DNA from: Bacillus subtilis subsp. subtilis str. 168
Lineage (GTDB): Bacteria; Bacillota; Bacilli; Bacillales; Bacillaceae
Direction of reading: 5' to 3'
DNA: 64,000 nt
Assembly: GCF_000009045.1 (NCBI RefSeq)
Contig: NC_000964.3
Span: 1,054,001-1,118,000 of the forward strand
Shown here: positions 18,768 to 27,412 of the stretch, one piece after another
Layout: the number at the start of each line of letters is the position of its first letter
Numbering within the stretch: the first letter of the stretch is position 1
Program-made: the position numbers and the translations under genes
The notes under the pieces: model-generated
Database searches by the model: none
What the model saw: the letters and a program-made list of their open reading frames with translations, nothing else
Told to the model about the DNA's origin: nothing

Positions 18768-19109
18768 ATGGATTCGATGGATCATCGCATTGAGCGATTA
18801 GAATATTACATACAATTATTAGTGAAAACAGTAGATATGGACAGGTACCCCTTCTATGCGCTTCTCATTGATAAAGGGCTGAGCAAGGAAGAAGGGGAAG
18901 CGGTTATGAGGATATGCGACGAATTGTCGGAAGAGCTGGCAACACAAAAAGCGCAAGGATTTGTAACCTTTGATAAGCTCCTTGCGCTTTTTGCCGGACA
19001 GCTGAATGAAAAATTAGATGTTCATGAAACAATTTTTGCCCTGTATGAGCAGGGGCTTTATCAAGAGCTGATGGAAGTCTTTATCGACATCATGAAGCAT
19101 TTTGATTAA
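18768..19109 (+). CDS. yhaI: YhaI (DUF1878) family protein
   Basis: [18 protein letters not shown]...; 113 aa. Confidence 0.8.
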
Positions 19110-19717
19110 CTGTTTACAGGTTCGAGCTCTTCAGCCGGTTCATCCGCCGCACTGTCCTTTGCTTTTTTCTTCAATTTTCCGTTTACGCTTTCAAAGTCAT
19201 TGTCAATATTGGTGAGTGACGTTTCGAAAATTTCCATAAAATCATCGCCGTAGATATGGCGTATCATACACATCATTTCTGCCACTTCAGGAAATTTTCC
19301 GAATAAATGATATAAAGGCTGTGACCCTTTAAAAACAGCGTTGCGTGTCGGATCAAATTCCTCAAGCAAGCTCCAGAATACCTCGGTACCTTCCTCAGTC
19401 AATTGGACATATGTGTTCCGTTTATCATTCAGCCGTTTGGAGAACCTTAAATATCCCCGTTCTTCCAGCTTTTTTGAAAAGTTGAATGCGGTTGATACGT
19501 GCATGACCCCGAATTTCGCGATTTCAGAAATGGAAGCTCCATTCAATTGATACGCAATCCATAAAATATGATGCTCATTAATATTCAGGTCATACGGTTT
19601 GAGCCATTGCTGCCAATCCTTCTCGATCGATTTCCAAAGAGCCTTGCTAAGCTGAGCCATTTTCTGGGTGAAAACCAGAGCTTCTTTCACATCATAGGGC
19701 GGTTCCACTCGATTCAT
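19106..19717 (-). CDS. scoC: MarR-family transition-state regulator ScoC/Hpr
   Basis: 203 aa; [16 protein letters not shown] winged HTH. Confidence 0.95.
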
Positions 19718-19894
19718 TACGTCACCTGCTTCTCTTTTTCTTTTTCTCTATTATGCCAATAAAATAAAGATTAATAAAGATGAAAATGTAAGAATTTTTT
19801 AATAAATTCACAAACCATTGCGACGAAAGGGTTTTTCGGCCAAAAAAAATACGGGTCCAATTTTGGCCCGCATTTTTTTCTTTTGAATAGGATA

Positions 19895-20251
19895 TTAGTT
19901 TTGTAAGGTTTTCTCCAGCTGTCTGATTTTCTCTTCGATATCGGCAATTTCTTTTTGCAGATCCTGCTGGTGAGGCTTGATCTCTTCCTGCCATTTTTTA
20001 ATTGATGTTTGGAGCTCGCCGCCCACGTCTTTAATAACATCCGTGCTTTCTTTTGCCGCTTTGATCAGCTGGTCTTTTAATGCAAGCCCGTCTGACTTTA
20101 AGCGTTTGATTGTTTCTTCAAAAGAATCATAATTGGTTTTCATTTTTTCACGCAGCTGCTTTCCTGAGGAAGGTGCAGTAAGAAGAACCGCTGCTCCTCC
20201 GATGATGCCGCCTACGAATAGTCCTGTTAATAGAGAACGTCCGCTCGCCAT
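19895..20251 (-). CDS. yhaH: YtxH-domain protein
   Basis: GLFVGGIIGGAAVLLTAPSSGKQLR YtxH signature. Confidence 0.85.
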   Translation of the reverse strand: MASGRSLLTGLFVGGIIGGAAVLLTAPSSGKQLREKMKTNYDSFEETIKRLKSDGLALKDQLIKAAKESTDVIKDVGGELQTSIKKWQEEIKPHQQDLQKEIADIEEKIRQLEKTLQN

Positions 20252-20380
20252 TACAATCACCCCGTCTTTTTCTTCAAAATAGGATTCATTCAGCATTTTT
20301 CATTTTTGTTGAAAGCCTGAACTTCTATACATAGCTTGCTTTATTTTAGCATATTTTTTAAGTGAAAAGGAGGGAGAAGG

Positions 20381-20572
20381 TTGTCTGTCTTTTTGATTGT
20401 ATTATCCTGCATCACCCTTGCCTTCGCTTCAGGCGCTGTTTACTATATCAAACTTCTCAGCCAGGCTGCTTCTTATCCGCCCAAGAGGGTTATCCGGCAG
20501 AAAGCGCTTGTTTGTTCAACCGGAACCGCCTTTACACTATGTCTTATCTTTTTCACAAAACTCCTCGCTTAA
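20381..20572 (+). CDS. yhzF: Small two-TM membrane protein
   Basis: AAGGAGGGAG RBS + TTG; 63 aa. Confidence 0.7.
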   Translation: MSVFLIVLSCITLAFASGAVYYIKLLSQAASYPPKRVIRQKALVCSTGTAFTLCLIFFTKLLA

Positions 20573-20645
20573 AACATGCTGACATGCTGCGGGCGCTCTG
20601 TTCAAAAAAACCTCTCCCGGAAGCGGAAGAGGTTTTGTGTGACAA

Positions 20646-21164
20646 TTATTTAGCAGCTTCCATAAAGCTTGAACGCCTTAAAATGGTTTGCACAATCGGA
20701 TAAATAATGATCATTGAGATTGTATTCAGCACAGCGGCCGGCAGAACAACAGCCGCGAACAATGCGGCGAAACCGCCCGGTAAACCGACGATCAATAAAG
20801 CTGACGATAGAAACACAATTCCTGATAAGATGGTCCCGATCACTGTCAGCACAGCGGCTGCACCTGTTTTCCGGCTCTTTCTGAACAAGAGAAACAGGGA
20901 GAAGAACAGAAACGCTGATACGGGTTTATCAATGATGTTAGGGATCTGTCCGGCTGGAAACGCGGTTGTAAGCGCGGAAATGATTCCGGTCACGATCCCG
21001 ATGACGAGTACATTTTGCACCCGCGGGAACAGCAGAATGCCCATGAACATCATGATCAGCATCATATCTGGTTTCATGCCGCCTAAAAAGGGCGGAATAA
21101 TGGAATGAAGCGCTGCGCCGATTGCGGCAAACAGAGCCATAATGACTAACTCTTTTGTTTTCAT
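20646..21164 (-). CDS. trpP: Tryptophan transporter (ECF S-component type)
   Basis: 172 aa hydrophobic; MKPDMMLIMMF; TRAP repeats over the RBS. Confidence 0.9.
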   Translation of the reverse strand: MKTKELVIMALFAAIGAALHSIIPPFLGGMKPDMMLIMMFMGILLFPRVQNVLVIGIVTGIISALTTAFPAGQIPNIIDKPVSAFLFFSLFLLFRKSRKTGAAAVLTVIGTILSGIVFLSSALLIVGLPGGFAALFAAVVLPAAVLNTISMIIIYPIVQTILRRSSFMEAAK

Positions 21165-21166
21165 AA

Positions 21167-21198
21167 CTATGCTCTCCTCTGCTAAGCTTTTTGCCCTC
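21167..21198 (-). promoter_or_regulatory. TRAP-binding triplet repeats overlapping the trpP SD
   Basis: AAG-cu-UAG-ca-GAG-ga-GAG-ca-UAG at exact 5-nt periodicity, plus an upstream GAG. Confidence 0.85.
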
Positions 21199-21288
21199 CA
21201 ATAATATGCTCATCATTTATTGCGAAGGCTTTACAGAATGTGTTATGCAAACAGTATACCAAACGGACGGTTTGCATAGCCAGACTTT

Positions 21289-22368
21289 TTACTCATTTTC
21301 CTGCTGGAATTTCTTCATGAACGCAGCTAATTTTTCACAGTCTTCGAGAGAGACCGCGTTATAAATAGAAGCGCGGCAGCCTCCCACCGAACGGTGTCCG
21401 CCAAGGCCGATCATCTTCGCATCTTTTGCTTTCTGAACGAATGTTTTCGTTAATTCGTCATCCCGAAGCGTGAATGTGACATTCATGCGTGAGCGGCTGT
21501 CTTTTCTGGCATGTCCTTTATAGAAGCCGTTGCTTTCATCAATACAGCTGTAGAGAACCTGCGCTTTTTGTTCATTGCGCTGTTCAACAGCTTCCACACC
21601 GCCGTTTTCCTTGAGCCATTCCAGAACGAGGCTCAGCATATAAATCGCAAATGTCGGCGGAGTGTTGTAGAGTGAATCCGCTTTGACATGCGTGGAATAT
21701 TTCAAGATTTTTGGGACGTTCGCATTTTCATTTTGCAGCCAGCTTTTTTTCATGATGACTACAGTCACGCCGGAAGGGCCGAGGTTCTTTTGGGCGCCTC
21801 CGTAGATCACATCAAATTTGGACACATCGATTTTTCTGCTTAAAATATCGCTGGACATGTCGGCTACGAGCGGAATTGGAGAATTCGGAAACTCCTGCCA
21901 CTGAGTGCCGAAAATTGTATTGTTGGATGTGATATGTAAATATGCGCCGTCTTTTACATCCGTAAGGTCAACCTCTGGAATATAACTGTAATTGTCTGTT
22001 TCACTTGTAGCGGTGATAGACGTGTTCCCGAACAGTTTCGTTTCTGCCAGTGCTTTTTCAGACCAAGCGCCGGTCATCACAAAATGTGCGGTTTTTTCAG
22101 GTGTTAAAAAGTTCATCGGAAGCATTGAGAATTGAAGGCTTGCCCCGCCTTGAAGAAACAAGATATCGTAATCTTCCGGAATGCCCATCAGTTCGATTAA
22201 GAGGCTTTTCGCTTTTTGGTGCACCGCTTCATACTCTTTGCTGCGGTGGGAAAGCTCCATAACAGACATGCCGGATTCGTTAAAATCAATAAATTCTTTC
22301 TGTGCTTTTTGCAGAACTTCCAGTGGCAGCGCTGCAGGACCTGCGTTAAAATTCGTTGTACGTTCCAT
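21289..22368 (-). CDS. serC: Phosphoserine aminotransferase
   Basis: NFNAGPAALP, MELSHRS, GAQKNLGPSG, GHRSVGGCRASIYN. Confidence 0.97.
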   Translation of the reverse strand: MERTTNFNAGPAALPLEVLQKAQKEFIDFNESGMSVMELSHRSKEYEAVHQKAKSLLIELMGIPEDYDILFLQGGASLQFSMLPMNFLTPEKTAHFVMTGAWSEKALAETKLFGNTSITATSETDNYSYIPEVDLTDVKDGAYLHITSNNTIFGTQWQEFPNSPIPLVADMSSDILSRKIDVSKFDVIYGGAQKNLGPSGVTVVIMKKSWLQNENANVPKILKYSTHVKADSLYNTPPTFAIYMLSLVLEWLKENGGVEAVEQRNEQKAQVLYSCIDESNGFYKGHARKDSRSRMNVTFTLRDDELTKTFVQKAKDAKMIGLGGHRSVGGCRASIYNAVSLEDCEKLAAFMKKFQQENE

Positions 22369-22514
22369 TATGATCTCTCCCTGTTTTCCACGTTAATGTA
22401 TAAAATAATACAATTATCCTATCACAAAAATTCAGTTTTTTGATAAAAAATTAGAATTATCAAAAGAAATTGACGGATGTTTGCGAAATGTTCACAAAAT
22501 AAAATAACCTCATC

Positions 22515-22952
22515 TTATGATGAGGCCAGGCGTTTTGCGATAGAGGAAGAGATGTTCTGCAGATCCTCCGGTTTATAATCATCAGCATGCGTTTTCCAAA
22601 CCGCTCCGAATCCATCTCCTTTTCCGTAGCGAGGGATAATATGCATATGGTAGTGGAACACAGATTGTCCAGCTTTTTCGCCGTTATTGTTCAGCGTATT
22701 TAAGCCGATCGGTTCAAATTCATCCCGGATAGCGCGGGCGATTTTTGGAACAGCATGGAAATATTGTTTTGCTAATTCATCTGTAAATTCATATACATTC
22801 TCAATATGTGTTTTCGGAATGACAAGCGTATGGCCTTTTGTCACTTGGCTGATATCAAGAAAGGCAAGTACATGTTCATCTTCATACACCTTCGCTGATG
22901 GAATGTCGCCGGCAATAATTTTACAAAAGATACAATTCTCTGCACAATGCAT
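22515..22952 (-). CDS. hit: HIT-family nucleotide hydrolase
   Basis: CIFCKII and HYHMH histidine triad. Confidence 0.93.
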   Translation of the reverse strand: MHCAENCIFCKIIAGDIPSAKVYEDEHVLAFLDISQVTKGHTLVIPKTHIENVYEFTDELAKQYFHAVPKIARAIRDEFEPIGLNTLNNNGEKAGQSVFHYHMHIIPRYGKGDGFGAVWKTHADDYKPEDLQNISSSIAKRLASS

Positions 22953-23012
22953 GAGGGTTCCTCCTTATGAAATTGTTTAGTATGTATACATTCATCGTAC
23001 CACAGAAATGCA

Positions 23013-23051
23013 GAAAATAGAAAACAGGATGAACGGCGAGCGTTCACCCTG
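23013..23051 (-). terminator. Minus-strand intrinsic terminator upstream of hit with no annotated gene feeding it
   Basis: CAGGGUGAACG-CUCGC-CGUUCAUCCUG-UUUUCUAUUUU; 11-bp stem with one G.U pair (A.C mismatch if read on plus). Confidence 0.7.
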
Positions 23052-23313
23052 AATGCAGAGGAAGAGCTTATATGAAGAAAATGTGTTATGCCTTTGGTAA
23101 GCACCTCATTTGTCAATAAAATGAAGACTTGTTTAATGCCTAACGATTCCTGCGATAAACACCTCATTTGACAATTTGCTTCATACATGAAGAATTCATC
23201 AATTCAGTGAAGAGAAATGGTTTGAGCATTGGACATGTTTATTTTCTATCCAACTGTTTCTAAGACGTCTTTGACAAACACCTCATTTTTCAGTTGATAT
23301 GCTTTTCCTCTAC
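23018..23313 (-). ncRNA. Putative sRNA (about 300 nt) with three SD-like repeats
   Basis: Inferred from the terminator, a candidate SigG/SigF-like promoter (TCATA-N18-CATCATA, 23349-23320) and triple repeats; ends approximate. Confidence 0.45.
23092..23294. repeat. Three imperfect 26-nt direct repeats (23092-23117, 23150-23175, 23269-23294)
   Basis: ctttggtaagCACCTCATTTgtcaat / ctgcgataaaCACCTCATTTgacaat / ctttgacaaaCACCTCATTTttcagt; 18 of 26 positions invariant. Confidence 0.85.
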
Positions 23314-23381
23314 AACTTTTATGATGTCCAGAACCCTGTCTCTTTATGACAGCAAATTCATCATTTGTTAAAAGGGAATTG

Positions 23382-23411
23382 TTTCAAATCAGGCCTTGTT
23401 TTTGGTACTAT
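23382..23411 (+). promoter_or_regulatory. SigA-type promoter of ecsABC
   Basis: TTTCAA-N18-TACTAT with extended TG. Confidence 0.55.
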
Positions 23412-23439
23412 GAAGAAAAACACTATAAGGGGAGAAACT

Positions 23440-24183
23440 ATGTCTCTGCTATCGGTAAAAGACTTGACCGGCGGATATACAAGGAATCCGGTTTTAAAAA
23501 ACGTATCATTCACCCTTGAACCGAATCAAATTGTCGGCTTAATCGGGCTGAATGGTGCTGGTAAAAGTACAACAATCAGACACATCATCGGGCTGATGGA
23601 CCCGCATAAAGGTTCAATCGAATTAAACGGTAAAACGTTTGCTGAGGATCCGGAAGGCTACCGTTCACAATTTACCTATATACCTGAAACACCTGTTTTA
23701 TACGAAGAATTGACGCTGATGGAGCATCTTGAACTAACAGCCATGGCATATGGACTGTCAAAAGAAACGATGGAGAAAAGGCTGCCTCCGCTACTAAAGG
23801 AATTCCGAATGGAAAAGAGGCTGAAGTGGTTCCCGGCCCATTTTTCTAAAGGAATGAAGCAGAAGGTTATGATTATGTGCGCATTTTTGGCAGAGCCTGC
23901 GCTCTACATTATTGATGAGCCTTTTCTAGGGCTTGATCCGCTTGCCATTAACGCGCTGCTTGAACGGATGAATGAAGCGAAAAAAGGCGGGGCGAGCGTG
24001 CTGATGTCAACACACATTTTGGCAACGGCAGAACGCTATTGCGATTCGTTTATTATTTTACATAACGGCGAGGTGCGGGCGCGCGGCACGCTGTCAGAGC
24101 TCAGAGAGCAGTTTGGAATGAAGGACGCGGCGCTGGACGATTTGTATCTTGAGCTTACAAAGGAAGACGCTGGCCATGAATAA
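23440..24183 (+). CDS. ecsA: ABC transporter ATP-binding protein EcsA
   Basis: GLNGAGKST, FSKGM, IIDEPFLGLD. Confidence 0.95.
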   Translation: MSLLSVKDLTGGYTRNPVLKNVSFTLEPNQIVGLIGLNGAGKSTTIRHIIGLMDPHKGSIELNGKTFAEDPEGYRSQFTYIPETPVLYEELTLMEHLELTAMAYGLSKETMEKRLPPLLKEFRMEKRLKWFPAHFSKGMKQKVMIMCAFLAEPALYIIDEPFLGLDPLAINALLERMNEAKKGGASVLMSTHILATAERYCDSFIILHNGEVRARGTLSELREQFGMKDAALDDLYLELTKEDAGHE

Positions 24184-25402
24184 TATGCTTGATATTTGGC
24201 AGTCGCGGCTGCAGGAGCATATCAAAGAAACAAGAACATACATGAAATATATGCTCAACGATCACCTCGTCATTGTTTTGATTTTTTTTCTAGCGGGCGC
24301 TGCAAGCTGGTACAGCAAATGGATACGGGACATTCCCGCTCACTTTCCGTCCTTTTGGGTGATGGCCGTGCTGTTTTCGCTCGTATTGACAAGCTCTTAT
24401 GTGCGAACGCTTTTGAAGGAGGCTGACCTTGTTTTCTTATTGCCTCTTGAAGCAAAAATGGAGCCTTACTTGAAGCAGGCGTTTGTCTACAGCTATGTGT
24501 CTCAGCTGTTTCCGCTGATTGCGCTGAGCATCGTTGCGATGCCGCTTTATTTCGCAGTCACTCCGGGAGCTTCGCTCGTATCGTATGCCGCGGTCTTTGT
24601 CCAACTGTTGCTGCTGAAAGCGTGGAATCAGGTAATGGAATGGCGAACGACTTTCCAAAACGACCGCAGCATGAAACGGATGGACGTCATCATTCGCTTT
24701 GCGGCGAATACACTCGTTCTTTATTTTGTTTTCCAATCTGTTTATATGTATGCGCTTCTCGTCTATGTCATTATGGCTGTTCTTTATCTGTATATGTCTT
24801 CCGCAGCAAAACGGAAAACATTTAAATGGGAGAGCCATATTGAGTCCGAATTGAGACGAAAGCAGCGTTTCTATCGGATTGCCAACCTGTTTACTGATGT
24901 GCCGCATTTGCGAAAGCAAGCCAAACGCAGAGCTTATCTCGACTTTTTGCTGCGGCTTGTGCCGTTTGAACAGCGCAAAACATTTGCCTATATGTTCACC
25001 CGCGCCTTTTTGCGTTCGAGCGATTATTTGGGCATTCTTGTCAGATTAACGATCGTTTTCGCGCTGATCATTATGTATGTCTCAGCCAGCCCGCTGATTG
25101 CCGCGGTTTTGACTGTGTTTGCCATTTTCATTACGGGCATTCAGCTTCTGCCGCTCTTCGGTCACTTTGACCATCTGGCGCTTCAAGAGCTGTACCCTGT
25201 GCAAAAAGAAACAAAGCTGAAAAGCTATTTCTCTCTATTAAAAACTGCACTTAGTATTCAAGCGCTGCTGATGTCTGTTGCATCTGCCTATGCAGCCGGC
25301 TTGACCGGTTTTCTGTACGCGCTGATCGGTTCTGCCGTTCTGATTTTTGTTGTTTTGCCTGCTTATATGACGACCAGGCTGAAAAAGCACGGAAAGCTGT
25401 GA
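24176..25402 (+). CDS. ecsB: ABC transporter permease EcsB
   Basis: Overlaps ecsA; LKEADLVFLLP; polytopic. Confidence 0.92.
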   Translation: MNNMLDIWQSRLQEHIKETRTYMKYMLNDHLVIVLIFFLAGAASWYSKWIRDIPAHFPSFWVMAVLFSLVLTSSYVRTLLKEADLVFLLPLEAKMEPYLKQAFVYSYVSQLFPLIALSIVAMPLYFAVTPGASLVSYAAVFVQLLLLKAWNQVMEWRTTFQNDRSMKRMDVIIRFAANTLVLYFVFQSVYMYALLVYVIMAVLYLYMSSAAKRKTFKWESHIESELRRKQRFYRIANLFTDVPHLRKQAKRRAYLDFLLRLVPFEQRKTFAYMFTRAFLRSSDYLGILVRLTIVFALIIMYVSASPLIAAVLTVFAIFITGIQLLPLFGHFDHLALQELYPVQKETKLKSYFSLLKTALSIQALLMSVASAYAAGLTGFLYALIGSAVLIFVVLPAYMTTRLKKHGKL

Positions 25403-25421
25403 ACTGAAAAGAGGTAATCAA

Positions 25422-26132
25422 ATGACAGATAATCAGCTGCTGATGCAGGAAGCTTTGGAATGGAAAATGCATTTTTTGCGAAAGGATTCCATGTTTGAAC
25501 GCTTTTCGAAGCGTGTCCAGACGAAGGTGAATGAACGGATTCCTGAAAAAATCCATACGGTCGTCACCGAGAGTGTGAAAAAAATGGTAGAAGCGACAAT
25601 GGCCGGCTCTAATATCATCACCTATAAAAAGGATACAAGTGCACTGTCGCTCAGTGAAAAAAACGAATTGGCGAAAAAAACGATTGTTTCTTATCAAAAA
25701 GTGGCAGCTGCTGAGGGAGTCGGCACCGGAGCGGGCGGCATTTTTTTAAGCATTGCTGATTTTCCGCTGCTGCTTTCAATTAAGATGAAGTGTTTATTTA
25801 CCTTGTCTTCCATTTACGGCTTTGATGTCAAGGATGCACAAGAAAGGATATTTTTGCTGCTCGTGTTTCAGCTTGCGTTTTCGAGTGATGATGGCCGTAA
25901 GTCGCTTTTTTCTGTCATCGAAAATTGGGAGACGGAGAAAAAGAGCATCGACTGGAGAGTGTTCCAGCAGGAATATCGCGATTATATCGACGTCGTGAAG
26001 CTTTTTCAGCTTTTGCCGGGCGTAGGAGCGGCAGTCGGCGGAATTGCCAATTATAAGCTGCTTGCTCAGCTTGGAGAAACGGCAAGACATGTTTTTCATC
26101 TGAGGATATTAAAGGAAACAGCCGGAGAATAA
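25422..26132 (+). CDS. ecsC: EcsC family protein
   Basis: GAGGT RBS; EGVGTGAGG, KLFQLLPGVGA. Confidence 0.9.
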   Translation: MTDNQLLMQEALEWKMHFLRKDSMFERFSKRVQTKVNERIPEKIHTVVTESVKKMVEATMAGSNIITYKKDTSALSLSEKNELAKKTIVSYQKVAAAEGVGTGAGGIFLSIADFPLLLSIKMKCLFTLSSIYGFDVKDAQERIFLLLVFQLAFSSDDGRKSLFSVIENWETEKKSIDWRVFQQEYRDYIDVVKLFQLLPGVGAAVGGIANYKLLAQLGETARHVFHLRILKETAGE

Positions 26133-26151
26133 ACACTCCGGCTGTTTTTTT
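26116..26151. terminator. Terminator ecsC/sndC
   Basis: AAACAGCCGGAG...CTCCGGCTGTTT + T run. Confidence 0.8.
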
Positions 26152-27340
26152 ATAGCTGATGATAGGTGATCGCAGCGCCGGCAAGGACCTTGGCCGCTGT
26201 CAGCATGGCTTTTTCGTTGATATCAAATTTCGGATGGTGGTGGGAATAGACTCGCTCTGGCTGTTCGGGAGCGGCGCCTGTAAAGAAAAAAGTGCCCTTC
26301 ACGTTTTGTAAGTAATAAGCAAAATCCTCGCCGCCCATTTGTGGTTCACCGTCAATGACCTGCTGAACGCCCTCGGTATTCTTTGCGGTGCTCACCAAGT
26401 GGTTCGTTTCTGCAGGATGGTTCACAACCGCTGGATAACCCTGTTCATAGGTGTACTCATAGGACGCGCCGTGCATGCTGCATATTCCTTTTACAACCGC
26501 TTCAATTTCTTTCTCCAGAATGTCCCGGACATTTTCATCAAAAGAACGCGCTGTGCCGATGAGTACTGCTTGGTCTGCGATGACATTAAACGGATTGTCG
26601 GCGATGAAGGAGCCTGTCGAAATGACGGCGGATTGAATCGGATTGACTTTGCGGCTGACAATGTGCTGCAAAGAGGAAACGATTTGCGAACCGATTAGGA
26701 CGGCGTCTTTAGTATCATGCGGATGAGCGCCGTGGCCGCCCTTTCCGAAGACTTTAATCGTAAATCGGTCTGCCGCCGCCATTACGGCGCCGGGGCGGCA
26801 GAGAATAGTTCCGAGCGGCTCAGTTGCCCAAAGATGAGTGCCGAATATCACATCCGTGTTTTCGAGACATCCGTCATCAATCATTGGCTTTGCGCCTCCA
26901 GGATAATATTCTTCTGCATGCTGGTGGATCATCACAAATGTTCCCTTCAGTTCATGTCTGTTTTGGTGAAGGACCTTGGCCACTGCGAGAAGAGCTGCGG
27001 TGTGGCCGTCGTGGCCGCATGCATGCATGACACCAGGCACTTTGGAGGCGTAAGGGACATCTTTTTCATCTTGAATGGGGAGAGCGTCAAAGTCGGCCCT
27101 CAAAGCGACTGTAGGGCCGGGTTCGCTTCCTTCTATATTTGCTAAAACCCCTCTACCGCCAACGTTTGTGCGGATTGGGACTCCTAACGATTCATAATAG
27201 GAAGCAATAAATGCGGCGGTTTTTTCTTCTTGAAATGAGAGCTCAGGATACATATGAAAATGGCGCCTGATCTCAACCATTTCTTCAAAACAGCCGTCGA
27301 GCTGTTTGTTTATCTCTTTCTGCAGTGTGGATATGGACAA
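26150..27340 (-). CDS. sndC: M20D amidohydrolase (N-acyl amino acid deacylase)
   Basis: RRHFHMYPELS, LRADFDALP, MHACGHDGH, HAEE, GGEDF; also called yhaA. Confidence 0.85.
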   Translation of the reverse strand: MSISTLQKEINKQLDGCFEEMVEIRRHFHMYPELSFQEEKTAAFIASYYESLGVPIRTNVGGRGVLANIEGSEPGPTVALRADFDALPIQDEKDVPYASKVPGVMHACGHDGHTAALLAVAKVLHQNRHELKGTFVMIHQHAEEYYPGGAKPMIDDGCLENTDVIFGTHLWATEPLGTILCRPGAVMAAADRFTIKVFGKGGHGAHPHDTKDAVLIGSQIVSSLQHIVSRKVNPIQSAVISTGSFIADNPFNVIADQAVLIGTARSFDENVRDILEKEIEAVVKGICSMHGASYEYTYEQGYPAVVNHPAETNHLVSTAKNTEGVQQVIDGEPQMGGEDFAYYLQNVKGTFFFTGAAPEQPERVYSHHHPKFDINEKAMLTAAKVLAGAAITYHQL

Positions 27341-27412
27341 AGCCGCTTCCCCCTTTTCTATGCTTTTCCATGATTGTATAGAAAAAGTCTGAATATTTCA
27401 ACTCATGCTGTT

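Noticed and set aside
20938-21216. 92-aa ORF overlapping the trpP start as a leader peptide
   Set aside because: No Trp codons in it and no RBS; the TRAP repeats already explain regulation
22841-23188. 115-aa minus-strand ORF through the hit-ecsA gap
   Set aside because: No RBS; runs through the terminator and overlaps hit out of frame
23092-23294. CRISPR array (26-nt repeats, first spacer 32 nt)
   Set aside because: Only three degenerate, non-palindromic copies, irregular spacing (32 and 93 nt), and no cas gene or leader in the window
24437-24919. 160-aa ORF antisense to ecsB, and the many similar 60-150 aa shadow ORFs in the track
   Set aside because: Fully inside well-supported genes on the other strand or frame; no RBS or motifs
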